NCBI RefSeq assembly: GCF_009914755.1
Contig: NC_060931.1
DNA length: 64,000 bases
Origin: the human T2T-CHM13v2.0 reference genome, Homo sapiens
Strand: one strand, 5' to 3'
Below are positions 27,030 to 46,028 of the stretch, one piece after another (position 1 is the first letter of the stretch; the number at the start of each line of letters is the position of its first letter). The notes beneath the pieces are model-generated. The model worked only from the letters and a program-made list of their open reading frames with translations, had not been told where the DNA came from and did not search any database. A program made the position numbers and the translations under genes.

Positions 27030-27745
27030 AGAGTCTAATAGAAAAATGGGCAAGGATTAACTGCATGAAAACATGTAGTTCCCAGAAAAATGAAATCTAA
27101 ATGGAATACAAATATATGAAAAGATACTTGGCCACAGTCATAATTCCAGAAAATCAACTCAGAAAAAAAGGAAAGCTTGTCACCTAGGAAACTGAGGAGC
27201 TAGTTTGATGACACACAAGTTAAGTAGCGAAATAAGATGTGTATTCTCTGCAGATGGAAGTGTAAGTTGGTTCTGTGTTTGGAGATATCTTCGGTGTAAA
27301 TGGACTCAGCTTAACAATATTTAGCACAATAAAAATGTATATACTTTTTGACCTGGCAATTTTACTTCCAGAGATTTACAAATGAATACACTTGTACTCA
27401 TACACAGAGATAAATGATGTACACAACAGCAAGTTTTTAGTAACAGAAAACAATTTAAGGGCTTAGGACTGGCCATGTTAAATATGGTACACCCGTTAGT
27501 GGAATACTTGGAGCATTGCTAAACATGAGGGAGACCAACAGCAAGCATTGATATGGAAAGATCTTCCAAATATACTGTAAAGAGTATTTTTTTAAGTATG
27601 ATAGCATTCTCCCTTCTGTGTAAATAAGAACAAAAGAATAAAAGAAAGAAAGAAAAAATATATATATAAATGTTTATATGCTTGTATATACATAGAAAAA
27701 TTCAGGAAGGCTATATAAGAAATTGTTGATAATGGTTGCCTCTGT
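27030..27745 (+). mobile_element. Old L1ME 3' region
   Basis: aatagaaaaatgggcaagga...ttttgacctggcaattttacttc...atggttgcctctg. Confidence 0.6.
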
Positions 27746-28164
27746 AAAAACAGACACATCAGCTAATGGCACAGGCTAGAGAGCCCAGAAATAAACCCAC
27801 ACATTTACAGTCAATTGATTTTTGACAAAGGTCCCAAGAACACACAGTGGGGAAAGGACAGTCTCTTCAATAAATGGTGTTGGAAAAGCTGGATATTCAC
27901 ATGCAGAAGAATGAAATTAGCCCCTTGTCTCACATCATGTATGAAAACCAACTCAAAATAGCTGAAGACTTAAATATAAGACCTGAAACTGTAAAACTAC
28001 TAGGAGAAAACATAAGAGGAAAGCTCCACAACATTGGATTGTGAAACAGATTTCTTTGGATATGATCCTGAAAGCACAGGCAACAAAACCAAAAATAGAC
28101 GAATAGGACAGCATCAAACTAAAAAGCTTCTGCACCTCAAAGGAAACAATAAAAAAGTGAAGAG

Positions 28165-28518
<354 letters not shown>

Positions 28519-28714
28519 TTAAAGGCTTGATATCTGAAATATATAAGGAACTAAAACAACTCAATAGCAAGGAAACAAATAATCTGATTTTTTTAAATGG
28601 GGAAAAGTTCTGAACAGACATTTCTCAAAAGAAGGCATACAAATGGCCAAAGGCACATGAAAAAAATCTCAGCATCACTAAGCATGAGGGAAATGCAAAT
28701 TAAAACTACAAGGA

Positions 28715-29456
<742 letters not shown>

Positions 29457-30499
29457 TTATATACTGGTGGTGGGAATTTAAATTTGTTATTATAAAAAAT
29501 GGTATGGAGATTCCTCAGAAACCTAAAAATGGAACTATCACATGATTCATTAGTCCCACTTCTGGGTATATATTCAAAAGAACTACTAACGTCAATATGT
29601 CAGGGGAAAAAAATGTTCACTTTTAAGTTCATTGCAGCATTACTCACAATGGCCAAAATATGGAATCAAACTAAATGTCCATTAACAAATGAATGGATAA
29701 AGAAAATAAGGTATATATACACAATGGAATACTATTCAGCCTTAAAAGAGAGTGAAAATCCTGTCATTTGCAACATGGATGAATCTGGAGAGCATTATGC
29801 CAAATGAAATAAGCCAGACATAGAAAGACAAATACTGCATGATCTCACTTATATGTAGAATCTACAAAAGTTGAACTCATAGAAGTCGAGAGTAGAATGA
29901 TGGTTACCAGAGACTGAGGGAAGGGGGTGAGGAGGGAGGGAACAGTAATTTCTGATCAAAAGATAGAAAGTTTCAGATAGACAGGAGGAATAGGCTCTGA
30001 GAGCTACTGCACAGCAGGGTGATTATAATCCATAATAGTGTACTGTGTAATAACTAAGATAGTACATTTCAAATGTCTCACCATAAAAATTGATAGGTAA
30101 TTGAGGTGATGGATATGTTAATTAGCTTGACTTAATCATTTCACATTATGTACATATATCAAAACATCACACTCTGTCCCATAAATATATACAATTATGA
30201 TTTGTCAATCAAAGTAATATTCATTTTTTTTAAATTTTAAACCATAGTTGCCTCTGGGGAGTGGTAGTGCTATATGTATTTGATTATATGCCTTTTTACA
30301 AAGTTTGAAATATTTTATCAGATATAATATGGAATTCTTTTTGTGGTCAAGAAAAAGTGCAGAGAGATGGGAAAACGGAACTGTGAAGATTACCACAGTT
30401 GACTGGATGGAAAACAAGGAAGAGGCCTCGGTGGACAGCTAAGACATGGACATGCTGTTCTGGAACGTGTCATCGGAGGACAGCTCAGTCATGTGTATA

Positions 30500-30976
30500 C
30501 AGCTGTCCCTCTGGTGTTTGGTTCCAGGATGTCCTGCAGATACCCAAATCCCTGGATGCCCAAGTTCCTGATACGAAATGGCATAATATTTGCATATAGC
30601 CTATGGAATCCTCCAATATATTTTAAATCATCTCTATATGACTTATATTATTCTATATCACTTATCTAATACAATGTAAAGGCTATATAAATAGTTGTTA
30701 TACCAAAAAAACCTAGATATTATATTGTAAAATACTAAGCCACTGCTTTGAGTTACTTTTCATTGAGATTTCTTGCACGTGATGTGCACTCCACATGATA
30801 ATAAACATGTTTGGTTTTCTCTTGTTAAAAAAAAAGTTATACTGTACTGTTGAGGGAATAATGACCAAAAAAGTCTGTACATATTCAGTACAGATGCAGT
30901 TTTCTTTCCAAATGTTTTCAATCCATGGTTGGTTGAGTCCACAAATGTGAAACACACAGATACAGAGGGCTGACTG
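30500..30976. mobile_element. MER2 (Tigger-family MITE) with internal insertion
   Basis: TA-cagctgtccctc ... gagggctgactg-TA ends; ttggttccagga...atttgcatat body. Confidence 0.85.
30704..30835 (+). mobile_element. Short polyadenylated retrocopy, probably LTR-derived
   Basis: AATAAA at 30800-30805, A9 at 30827-30835, gttatac duplicated at 30697-30703 and 30836-30842. Confidence 0.65.
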
Positions 30977-30990
30977 TACTTCACTCTTAG

Positions 30991-31313
<323 letters not shown>

Positions 31314-32184
31314 TAAAAGTCTTTTATAGGAGAGATTTTGCTAGACCTCACTTTTAATTGATGCCGTGTACATACAGAAATGATTTTCATGTTTTAAAAC
31401 TCTATTTAAAGTAGTAAGTACATGGATTCAAACAAAGTAAATGTTTTGCCAGCTTTGTTTCTCAAAGAAAGTATTCGTTTCAACAGATATTTTTATCAAA
31501 TAAATGCTTCCTTTGCAGGCAGTTAGTATTTCCATGAGCTTTAACAAATACTTTCAAATGCTCACTGCCTTTAATTAATCAAGTAGTTCTGTGAATGCCT
31601 GCTATATGCTTAGTTTGCAAGTGTATAGAATGAGTGTTAAAAGAGGAAGAGGAATGCACAACTAATAGACCGTGGTATTTCAGGTTTTCATTGATAAATA
31701 AGCATTTGAAATCCTGGAGTAATGTTTTCCGTTGAAAACATGGTGCCAATGTTATATCAAAAAATAACTCCATTGTTCAAACATCAATAGTGGGCAAACT
31801 TGCCCATATAACCTGCATGACTGTATTTTGAAATATTAAAATGGAAATAAAAGGGCTCAAGAACAATAAAGCTATCACAAAACTCTGAAAGAGGCATGGC
31901 GCACCTCATATTTGTTCATGAAATCAACAGGGAGAGAAATGAAAAGTGACCATAGGGAAGTGATAAAAGAGCTTTAAGACCCTTTCATGGCTTCCAGAGC
32001 TCCTTGATTGCATGAAAAGGCTCACAGAGAAACCAGCTGGTATATAGGATGGCAGGGTTATCTGGCTGCAGACCTATAACCTCACCAATGGTCAGGGTTG
32101 ATTGCAAGCCTCTGTTTTTTTCCTCATCCCTCAAGCTTTGAACTTCCAAGTTGGCTCAGGATTGCTTTCCATTGTGGCTATAAG

Positions 32185-32319
32185 TAGGGTGGCTCTTTGG
32201 CCAGGTTTACCAGAGATGACCATGGATTACTCCTGTAGTTTCTGAAGTAAATACTAATAGTACCTACTTCCACGTCCCAAAGTGCCCTGGTTTGGATGAT
32301 ACATTATATGGTTACCCTA
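32185..32319. mobile_element. MER94-like hAT-Blackjack MITE
   Basis: 135 bp, tagggtg...ggttacccta termini, ggtttggatgatacattatatgg. Confidence 0.7.
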
Positions 32320-32621
32320 ATAGAAGTAGATTAATGTAGGGAGTGAGAAGAAATGGCCCCTTGGATTATGACTGGTATATGGAAAACCTTTTTGATTACC
32401 TCCTTAAACTACTAAGCAATTGGTGGGATATTAAGAAAATTAAATTATTAATTTAATTTTGATTTAATTATATTGAAGAAAATTGACTGAATTTCTCTCC
32501 AGATACCACTCCACATGGCTCGAAAAAAGAAAAACTCATTTTCCTATTATGTACCTGAAGTCTGTTTCCTATAGCACAGAGAACACAAAGTAGTATTTTT
32601 TAAGTCCTGCCATTTTCTCTG

Positions 32622-33160
32622 TGTAGTAGACAAACTTCTAAGGCAGCCCTCAGTGATGCCAACCTCCTGGTGTTTGTGACCTTATAGAATCCCCTCCTGT
32701 TGAGTGTTGGCTGGACCAAGTGACTTGTCTTACCTAACCAGGTGAATATGGCAAAACTGATGGGGGAGAGTGTCGCTTCATGATTAGGTTATAAAAGATG
32801 GTTTTCATTTTGACAGCACGCTTACTGTCTTACTGGGTTAGATGAAACAAACTGTTGAGATACCTCAACCCAATATTCAGCAAGAAACTGAAGCCCTGAA
32901 TTCATCAACATTAAAAGATAAGAATTCTGCCAACAACTACATAAATAAGCTCAGAAGCAGACTCTTCCCCATTTGAGCCTTCAGATGAGATCCCATCCCT
33001 GGCTGATACATTGATTGCAGGGATGTGAGAAGACCTTGAAGCCAAGACCTAACTAAGCTGTGCCTAGATTCCTCCCCAACAGAAACTGTGAAATAATAAG
33101 TGTGTTGTTTTAGGCTGCTACATTTTTGAGTAATTTGTTACCTACATAGATAACTATTAG
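32622..33160 (+). mobile_element. MLT1F-like MaLR solo LTR
   Basis: aatcccctcctgttgagtg...gaattctgccaacaac...gccttcagatgaga...cagaaactgtga. Confidence 0.82.
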
Positions 33161-34019
33161 ATCCCGCCTGATGCTGGAAAAACCACTTAACTCCTCTGGC
33201 CTCAATTTTCTCTTTTGCATGGTGTATAGTAGGCCTGAATCAATGTTTGTGACCAGAATAAGTGTGAAATAAAGGGGTTAGACTAGATAATGTCTAAGAC
33301 CCCCTTAATAAAAAGTCTGGACAATGTTTTGCTCACAAAGTGATAACTCTTGACAGATTGTGAATACATGTTATTCTTTGTAGCTACCTTTTTTTCTTTG
33401 TAGCTACTTTTTTCTATTCTTATTTTAAATTGCCTAAATTTCTTATTTGCAAAAAGAAAAAAACACCTCAAAACAGAGGCCTCTTGTTTGAAACTTTTTC
33501 TCACCAACTTTTTTTTTGGTTTTAAAACTATCCTGGCCTGTGGGTGTCTGTGTAGCCTGGCTGAGGATCTCCGGGTACCCCAACTCTGCCTTTGATGTAA
33601 ATGGTCATACGCCCTGCATCCTTCAAGTAGATAAATGTGTATTTTATGAACACTGTCTCACCTAGCTGCAGAGCAACACCTGCTTTCATTTAAAGGCCTT
33701 TTCATTGCAAGACAAATGCAGACAGGGCAGGGTGTTGGACACATTTCATTTTGCCTCTCTCTAAATTCACTGGTGGAAGCTTTTTATAAATCTCACAGGT
33801 CATTTCCAAGAATCTCTGGTACTAAAACACCACAGGTCTGTGCTAACCCTACTTTCCTGAGGATTAAACTTAGCTTCATTGTGGGTAAAAATGGTGTTTT
33901 ACAGGCTGGAAACAACGTCTTTGATGCTAAAATCATTCCCATTGTGAACTCTGAAAAATTTTTTGGAGGTGACACTTTAAAATCTTCAGCAAAACTTTTC
34001 TTTAACATTTAAAATTATT

Positions 34020-34187
34020 TCATTTTATTATTCATTTTATTTTATTTTATTATTTTTGTTTTTTCTGAGAAGGAGTTTCACTCGGTAGCCCAGGCTGGAA
34101 TGCAGTGATATGATCTCAGCTCACCGCAACTTCCACCTCCCGGGTTCAAGCAATTCTCCTGCCTCAGCCTCCCATGTATCTTGGATT
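34020..34187 (-). mobile_element. Alu 3' fragment
   Basis: T-rich tail and right-arm start, broken at ggatta. Confidence 0.88.
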
Positions 34188-34317
34188 ATATATATATATA
34201 TATATATATGTACGCACACACACATACATATATACATATATATACACACACATATATATACATATATACACACATATATATACATATATACACGCACACA
34301 TATATATACATATATAT

Positions 34318-34371
<54 letters not shown>
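34187..34371. repeat. Compound (TA)n/(CA)n microsatellite including (TA)20
   Basis: Direct reading; pure TA at 34331-34370. Confidence 0.95.
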
Positions 34372-34373
<2 letters not shown>

Positions 34374-34735
34374 CATGGAATACTACTCAGCCATAAAAAA
34401 GAATAAAATAATATCTTCTGCACAACTTGGATGGAGCTGAGGCCATTATCCTAAGTGAATTAGCTCAGGAACAGAAAACCAAATACTGCATGTTCTCACT
34501 TATAAGTGGGAGCTAAGCTATGAAGACATGAAGGCACACAGAGTGATAGAGTGGACATGGAAGACTCAGAAGTGGGGAGGGTGGGAGAGATAGTGAGGGA
34601 TAAAAAAACTACATATTGGGTACAAGGTACACTACTCAAGTGACCGATGCACTAAAACCTCAGACTTTACCATTATACTATTCATCCATGAAACCAAAAC
34701 CACTTGTACTTCAAGAGCTATTGAAACAAAAAATG
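34372..34735 (+). mobile_element. L1PB 3' end
   Basis: ccatggaatactactcagccataaaaaag...ctacatattgggtaca...gctattgaaa. Confidence 0.88.
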
Positions 34736-34809
34736 TATGTATAAATAATAATATTACTTCAAAAAGAAAACAAAACCAGAAAATAACTAGTGCTATTTTT
34801 AAAAACGTG

Positions 34810-35750
<941 letters not shown>

Positions 35751-35756
35751 TAAAAA

Positions 35757-35911
35757 TGTGTGTGTTTATGTGTGTGTGTGTATATATATATATATACATA
35801 TATATATACATATATATATACATATATATATACATGCATATATATATACATATATATACATATATATACATATATACATATATATATACATATATATATA
35901 CATATATATAT
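35757..35911. repeat. (TG)n/(TA)n/(TATACA)n microsatellite
   Basis: Direct reading. Confidence 0.95.
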
Positions 35912-37542
35912 AAATAAATGGTGCAAAAAAAAAGAAATGTTTTCCTTTTTGGGTAGAATAGCAGGGAAAACAATATGAAATGTATGTACATGAAAGAGAT
36001 CATATATGTATAGATCATAACTTCATGTTTCTAGCATCATTAATATCTCTTTATTATCTTTTATCTCTTCAGAGAATTTTAAAGATTCCTCTTACCTCCC
36101 CACTGCAAGATCCTGTTTGTCCCCCAGGAGTGGGTTAATATGTTAGCCATGCACTGTTCTCAGCAGAAGTCGTTGAAGTGGCAATTGCAAAGGTCTTATA
36201 GATAAGTGTATCTGGTGATGATGCATTCATTTTACCATCCTAACCAGTGAGAAGTAGCAGATCAGACATATTTTGGTTATGAACAATGCCAGAAGTTTCT
36301 GGTCAATGAAAAGAAATTGCTAAGGAAGACAGCTTATTAGTGCCAAGAACTGTGATTTCTGTAAGCTGGCTTGTTTTGAGACCAATTTGGGTATAATTTT
36401 AAACCCAAGCACAATTTTGTATGATGTTTTAGAAAAGTGTGGAATTTTTTATTTTAAGAAATCTTAGAAATCAGTTTAATGTAATTACCTCATTATCTGG
36501 ATCGAGTTAACCCAAATCATCAGTGAGTAAGTGAATTATACAAGGTCAGACAGCTAGCAGAAGATACAACACTCTGGCTTATTAAAAAGCCTATTAAAAA
36601 GGTGAGTGAATGGCATTGGATAGTTTATAAAGAATTCATGAGAAAACAAGATTGAAAGATTGCTAAAACATGAAGTCTCTATATTGATAGTTTTTGTTAT
36701 TACTTAAAAATATGTTTGTGGAAAAGTACATTAGAAAGCTGATTATATAATAGTGGAAGAAGATATTCTAGTACCTATAACTGTTAGCGATTTCAGAGGG
36801 GACCTCCCTCAATGCTTTTCTAAAATCTGCCCACTTCTAAGAAAATATGAAATCTCATAGTATCAAAAACTTAGACTCACAGTCACTTTATTACCACAGT
36901 CTCAGAAGATTTTTCATTAACTTCTACTAATACGGGGCTGGACTAAAAACTGAAGAGCAGTAAAGCCCAGAGGGTTTGCTAGCAACACAAAACACACCTG
37001 CCAGGCCAAAACCAAACAAGGCAGAAACAGGCTTTATTCCTCCCTGATGGTCTCTTCTGGTCTCTCTCTTGGCTCAGAGGCTGAGACTCAGCAAAACACT
37101 AGAAAGCTAAAATTCCAATAACAAAAAAGTGAAATCGACAGTAAAATGGTTAAGAGCAAAAGTGATGCTTTAGGACAAAAATCAAGGAGGTGGGTAAATA
37201 TCTTGGAGGATCAGGAGAGAGGCAAAAACGATGAAGCCAATAAGAGGTGGTAGCTGTGGAAGCAGAAAACAAGATTCGACCTCTAAAGCTCTGGGACTCT
37301 GAGAAAAAACACAAGGCAGCTGCAGCAGAACTGATACCAAAGAGGTGACTGAAAAGAAGCTAATTAATACCTGTCAACTTACCAATTTTAATAGTTAGAA
37401 TTATTTAGGGTTTCGATGTTTTAAAAATAAAGCAATGAAAAGAAACATGAAATAAATCAAAACAGGAAACATAAAAATAAGCCAAACACATCAACCATAA
37501 CAAAAAATACAAATGCCTTAGAAAAATCTCCCTTTTAAAAAA

Positions 37543-38054
<512 letters not shown>

Positions 38055-38071
38055 CCAAAATCCCTTTTTAA

Positions 38072-38426
<355 letters not shown>

Positions 38427-38429
38427 AAA

Positions 38430-40200
<1,771 letters not shown>

Positions 40201-40599
40201 AAAATTCAAAGCAAATTTTAGACTGTGTTTTCAAGAAAATGCAAACTAAAAGTAAGCAGAGGTAGCAATCATATTCTGATATTCTGATATCATAATATCA
40301 GTAGAGGCAATTCACAGCCTGAAATACTGCATGAATCAAAGAATGGTTTTCTGTATTGACAACAGATTAATCCGCCATAAAGGTAATCAGTTACAAACCC
40401 CTATGCCTCAAACAAACTAGCATCCACTGATATTAAGCAAAATATTTGTAAGAGAAAATATTTATCAAAAACATATTGGTAGGTGCATGTTGAGCATAGA
40501 CCAGCTGAAGAACAATCCAGATGTAGATACATAATAATTCACACCAGCAGAGGCATAGCCTACAACAGCATGAATCCCCCCTCCTCACTAAGGCCAATT

Positions 40600-40760
40600 G
40601 CACTCTTGCCACTTCCTTTGTAAGAAAACCTGTAAACTAATATGGCTCTGTTCCTGGTAAATCAACCAGCTACTTGCTACTTGATGGCAGGTCCCATACA
40701 TGGACCCTCCTAGAGGGGAAGTGATGATGTGTTCTTATTGTTCACAGTACACTTGGAATG
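40600..40760 (+). mobile_element. Possible ERVL internal (integrase) relic
   Basis: atatggctctgttcct...ccagctacttg...tggcaggt...tacatggacc resembles the ERVL integrase YG.IP...PATWWQVDYIGP region. Confidence 0.35.
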
Positions 40761-42859
40761 AGACGGCATGGCAGATATGCTGCAGCATCGGGTAGGCCAA
40801 AGTGGAAGGAGAAGGTTTCCAAGCTCCTCGCTGCGTCAGTTCCTCCCCAAGGCCGTCACTGACCTTGGTCCATGTGTGCCCACTCTGTAAATTTTGTTGC
40901 TTTGAGACCTTCATTGTCCACTCATGACCCAAGTTAATTAGCAGGAACACTGGCCCTAACAAGAATCTCCAGTCTTAGAATAGGCCCATCCATTACTTAG
41001 TGTAAGACGCTTGATGGGCTCACACCACGTTCCCGTCCTATGTATAGGAAAACTGTGCAGAATCAAAGAATGTCAGAGCCTACGTTTTTATGGGCATTTG
41101 GCCTAATTTTCTTGTGCTGTCTGGGAAAGGAAATCTGGAAGTTTCCACCTACACAAACTTACAACTTTGTTTATTTTCCTTTCAAGTCTCCTTCTGAGGC
41201 CAAGACGTTGGTGAGATGAATAGTCCATTTATTGCCCCGGGTCAGGCCATCACAGTCGGTCATTGCACAATGTGTTTTTTATGTGTGAACTTGGATGCTA
41301 AATGAAGAACACTAAAGCAGGCGGGCGGATAGGGGAAATGACACAAACAGCCATTGGGAATGAATGGCCTTGTTTAAAGACTGATTTAAAAGATGACGGG
41401 GTCACAGTAGACCCTACCCTGAATTTCAGTGAGCAATGGCTGTAGGAAAATAAACAATTCTAGAATAAAATATATGGAAGATAGTACCCAGGATGCAGTA
41501 AATAAAGTTGCCATAATTTAATCTGTTAGAGTTCACTTGTGATCTCTACAGCCAAAGGGGAATTTGTAAATACAGTGAAAAGTCACAGGAGATGATAAAT
41601 GATGTTGCCAAGTGAAATGTAACCATTGTTATAACAAACGTATACTGAGACCACCTGCCCAGCTGCCATGCTAAGAGAACAAAAAATAAATGCCCATGCC
41701 CTAAGTGGGGCAGGGGCAGAATCTATTATTAATCACTCACACATAAATATGAAAAAGTCTAGTAAATCCATTTCATTGAGCTTAGTCTGATAAAGAAGAA
41801 CTGGGGAACGTTTCAGGGCCCACTGAGGAAAGGATGAAGTTCAGGTTGGGGTCAGGGTAGATGGGAAAGGCAGGCTACTAAAAATGGAAAATAAAAATTT
41901 TTGAGGGACTGGGGACAGCTGTCTTTCCTCCAACCCAGGAGTAAGGAGCCTGCCAGGATTTGGATCCCATCTCCTTCTCCTGCGTCTCCCTCTGCGATTG
42001 ATGAACACCATCTTATTTTTAACTAGAACCCAGTCAAGCAGGAGACAATTTTTTCTTGTCTTAGTAGCCCAGTAGCTGTTGTTCCTCCTTAACAATCGAC
42101 TCATCTATGCCTTGTGGGCCTGCGACTCCTGGAGCTTACCCTGTTTCTTTGAATTGCTAGTAAACTGCAAACCAAATCTATGATTCACCCTTACCAAAAG
42201 TTTTGCAGAACTTCATTTTCATTAGTGTATGTTGTGGACTCATCTCACGTCTGGCCCCATTTCATGTCCCTACACTTTCCTTTCCTCCCTTTTCCTTATC
42301 CCGCACCCCAAAACCAATGTCTATTTTATATCATGTTATTTTAAACATTAGATATAGATTTCCAAAACCACCTTAAATGTTTTGATTCAAAGTTCTAATA
42401 TACATACATGGAATCAGAGTGATTTTTAATAATTGTGGTGTACAAAACACTATGTGCCTTTTTGGATTGGCTTTGCAGGAAAAGACATTTTTTTTAAATA
42501 AGATCAACAAATAAAGGAATAGCTAAATTGGAACTTGGAAGCAGAATTCCAAATTTCTTGCCTTAACTGGTGGCTCACACACTCCTCAGCAAGTAACGAA
42601 AATATTTTAGATCTGTGGTCAAGTAAGCTCCTCCATTTCATAAGTTCAAAAGCAAGAAAAATATCAGGGAATTAATACAAATTCTACTAAAACTTTTAGA
42701 GTACTCTGTTTTAGAGGGGCTCTATGATTGCTAATATTTAAAGCTATATATTGTGAAGTTCTAAAACGTAAGATGAATTACAACATTTCCCTAACCCACT
42801 TATCACATTTTCAGGGCATGTTACATTTCAGAGGGGCATATATTTGGTTCTTATAATTT

Positions 42860-43080
42860 GTTTACTTTGATTGTTTCATTATAAAAGAAATACAAGTTTG
42901 TGTTAATAAATGAATGATAAAGTAAAAGACAAAAGTCTTCATCCTCTTGCCCTGTCCTCACCTTAATCCCCAGAGGTTACGATTGTTAGCAACTTGGTAA
43001 CTATCCTTCTAGATCTTTTCTATGTATAGATACATACAAATGCTTGAGCATTGATGTAATGTATATTATAAAAAGAAGCT
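42860..43080 (-). mobile_element. L1ME 3' end fragment
   Basis: ccccagaggttac...tatccttctagatcttttctatg. Confidence 0.55.
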
Positions 43081-43124
43081 TTCTATTTCAAATGGATCCA
43101 GTGGATACAACACAATTTACTTAC

Positions 43125-43174
43125 CCGTTCGGTTATTTAACATTTTCAATGTTTTCTCCCATTTGATTTCAGAG
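43125..43174 (-). other. Candidate 50-nt internal exon of an unidentified transcript
   Basis: Minus strand: branch point GCTAAC (43206-43201), ccactctctgttttccccttcag acceptor, CGG|GTAAGT donor. Confidence 0.45.
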
Positions 43175-43464
43175 CTGAAGGGGAAAACAGAGAGTGGCAT
43201 GTTAGCCCCTTATTAACGCCCATCATTTTGTATGCTCCTGTCCACATTCCATATTGAATCCTAGCACATCAGTGGATCATTCACTTACTCTCTCTTTCAT
43301 CTACAGCAGGAACGTAATAAGAACAAAGATGGTCATACTCTAACAGTCACATCCCAGTGGCTTCATGTTCCCTGGACAGGACTGCATTCACCAATATGTA
43401 TCCCAGTGCTTGTGATTATTATAGTACTGTGTGACATTTGCATTACATCTGTAAATTCCCAGAA

Positions 43465-43483
43465 TGGCCACCAGAGGGAATCA
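43465..43483 (+). promoter_or_regulatory. CTCF-like motif
   Basis: TGGCCACCAGAGGGAATCA; mismatch at the conserved C after GGG. Confidence 0.35.
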
Positions 43484-45433
43484 ACCACCCAGCGCATTCA
43501 GAGCTATTGAGTCTAGCGCCAATGACACTGGCTTAGCTCTTATCTCGAATGTGTGTCTGCTTACATTGGCTAGCATTTTTTAAAATTAGATTATATTTTT
43601 AAAATGGCCATTACTGAACTCCTCTCCAATTAATATACGGAACAATGCAGGCAAAGTGCTTCAGACAGTGCCTGGCTAAATAAACACAGTAAGTTATTAT
43701 TGTTATTGTCATTCATAAGCCATTTTAAAAAGAAGAGAACCATTCCTTGCTGTGCTATTATCCCTAACAAATATTTCCTGGCAAAGGCTCATCTATTTAG
43801 TAACAGTCCAATGCATAGTTACCACGCCGCTCCCCAAAGTGCTTTGGTCTTGGTTGCTTGATTAACTTCAGGATAAATGAGTGGCCCTAGCCAAGAAGAC
43901 TTTTACAATTTTTCATTCTTATTTTCTGTTAAATATATGTTGCCTTATATACCTCTCTCTCCCCCTCCGCATACAATAAAATGCATTTCATGAAATACAC
44001 ACATTATATAGACTCTTTCATCAGAGAATGGAGGGAGATATTCTGGAAAAATGCATTTTTTAGTTACCACCATCGCCAAGATAGACTTTTGGACAATATT
44101 AAGCTTGTTGTCACTCACAAACCTTATTCAAGCATGTCCATGCCAATGATGAATGGATACTTTCTCTAATAAGTGCTCACAAATACAGCTATGGGAGGAT
44201 TCCACCAAATTTACCTCAATTTCCATTATTTCAATATGCATTTACACATATTCTGATGTTTATTGACCAATGCTCCGTAAAAATCCAAAGGCAAATGAGT
44301 GAATGATGGTAAGCCTCGAGACCACACGGTGGCGCTGTTTCATCATACTTGAGAGAGGCTTTAGCACTTTGCAGGAGACCACGGCCCCCTGAAAACAGAA
44401 GACCATGAATACAAGAATTGCCTTCCCTGTGTTACTCCAATTTGAATGAGAGAACCCAGTAGAGTTTAACATTTAGCATTAATTCGTATCTAAACAACAA
44501 AACAGCACCAAAATGCAAATGTGAGGAAATCATTGCTGAAAAGTGGGTTGTTGGAGAAATGATACATAAATGCTTCATGCTGTTAATTTATGCTACCACT
44601 TTTCATAGCAATACTGCAAGCTCTCCCTAGATGTGCGAGGTGTTTTCACTTTCATGCTTATATTTTGTTCTCCACATGATCCAGTGAAGCAAGCAAGGGG
44701 GCTTTGATCTCTATTTTACAGCTAAGGAAACTGAAACCTTTCCTGGCACCCAAAGATTGCAAAATCTTCTGCAGCACAAAAGAGTTTTTTGTGTCCTAAC
44801 ATCTCTCTGATGCTTGTGAGAAAGTGTAAATTCCAGTAGGCACTTTACCCAAGCCACCTTGAGGCTCTGGTTTTTTAGTTCATCCCACCCCAGGCCCAGG
44901 CAGATATGGTTGAATTCTAAGGTTTCCATTCTTTCCCATTGACCAGAGCAGGCTGGCACCCAAAGTGCTGATCAGGAAGAAGGCCCCTCTTCCACCACCA
45001 TCACAGAATCCCCAAGGAGCTTGTCTTCCATCCTAGGCATGTAAAATGATTTACTATCTGCGCCCTTCAGCTGTAGAGCTGAAATCTGCATCCTGTACCT
45101 AGTCCCTCATGATAGGGAAGAGGTAGAAAACAAAACACCCTCCACTCATTTCTTATTCATAGAGCAGCCAATGTAAAATATGATTACATACATGATGGAT
45201 TGGATCCGACAGATAGTATAAAAGGCAAGCCGGGGAACATTAACTAGGGAATGGATTTTTCAATGATTTCCAATGTCTCTTGTAGTCAACAGTGAAGGGA
45301 AGGGAAGGGATGAGACAAATGCAAAGAGACACACACATAACTTTCAGTATCAAACTTTAAAATACATTTCACTCTCAGATAAAGGCTTATTGCGTGTTTA
45401 TCCTATGCTTTGCTGTGTGCTTTATATACGTGA

Positions 45434-45859
<426 letters not shown>

Positions 45860-46028
45860 TGAGCAGGACTTGAATCCAGACCTTGTCTTGCACACCCAAA
45901 CTGCTCTCCTCGTCCATGAGCCGCCCTGCTTGCTTCCCGGACCCTGACGCTATGATGGCCAGGACCTACCTGTATGTTTATAAACCACTATCAGCTGCTG
46001 GCCACTCTAAATAGGTGGCACCTGAGAC

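Noticed and set aside
33716-34012. Overlapping sense and antisense ORFs in unique DNA
   Set aside because: No homology recognised, lengths are within chance expectation, and no splice context
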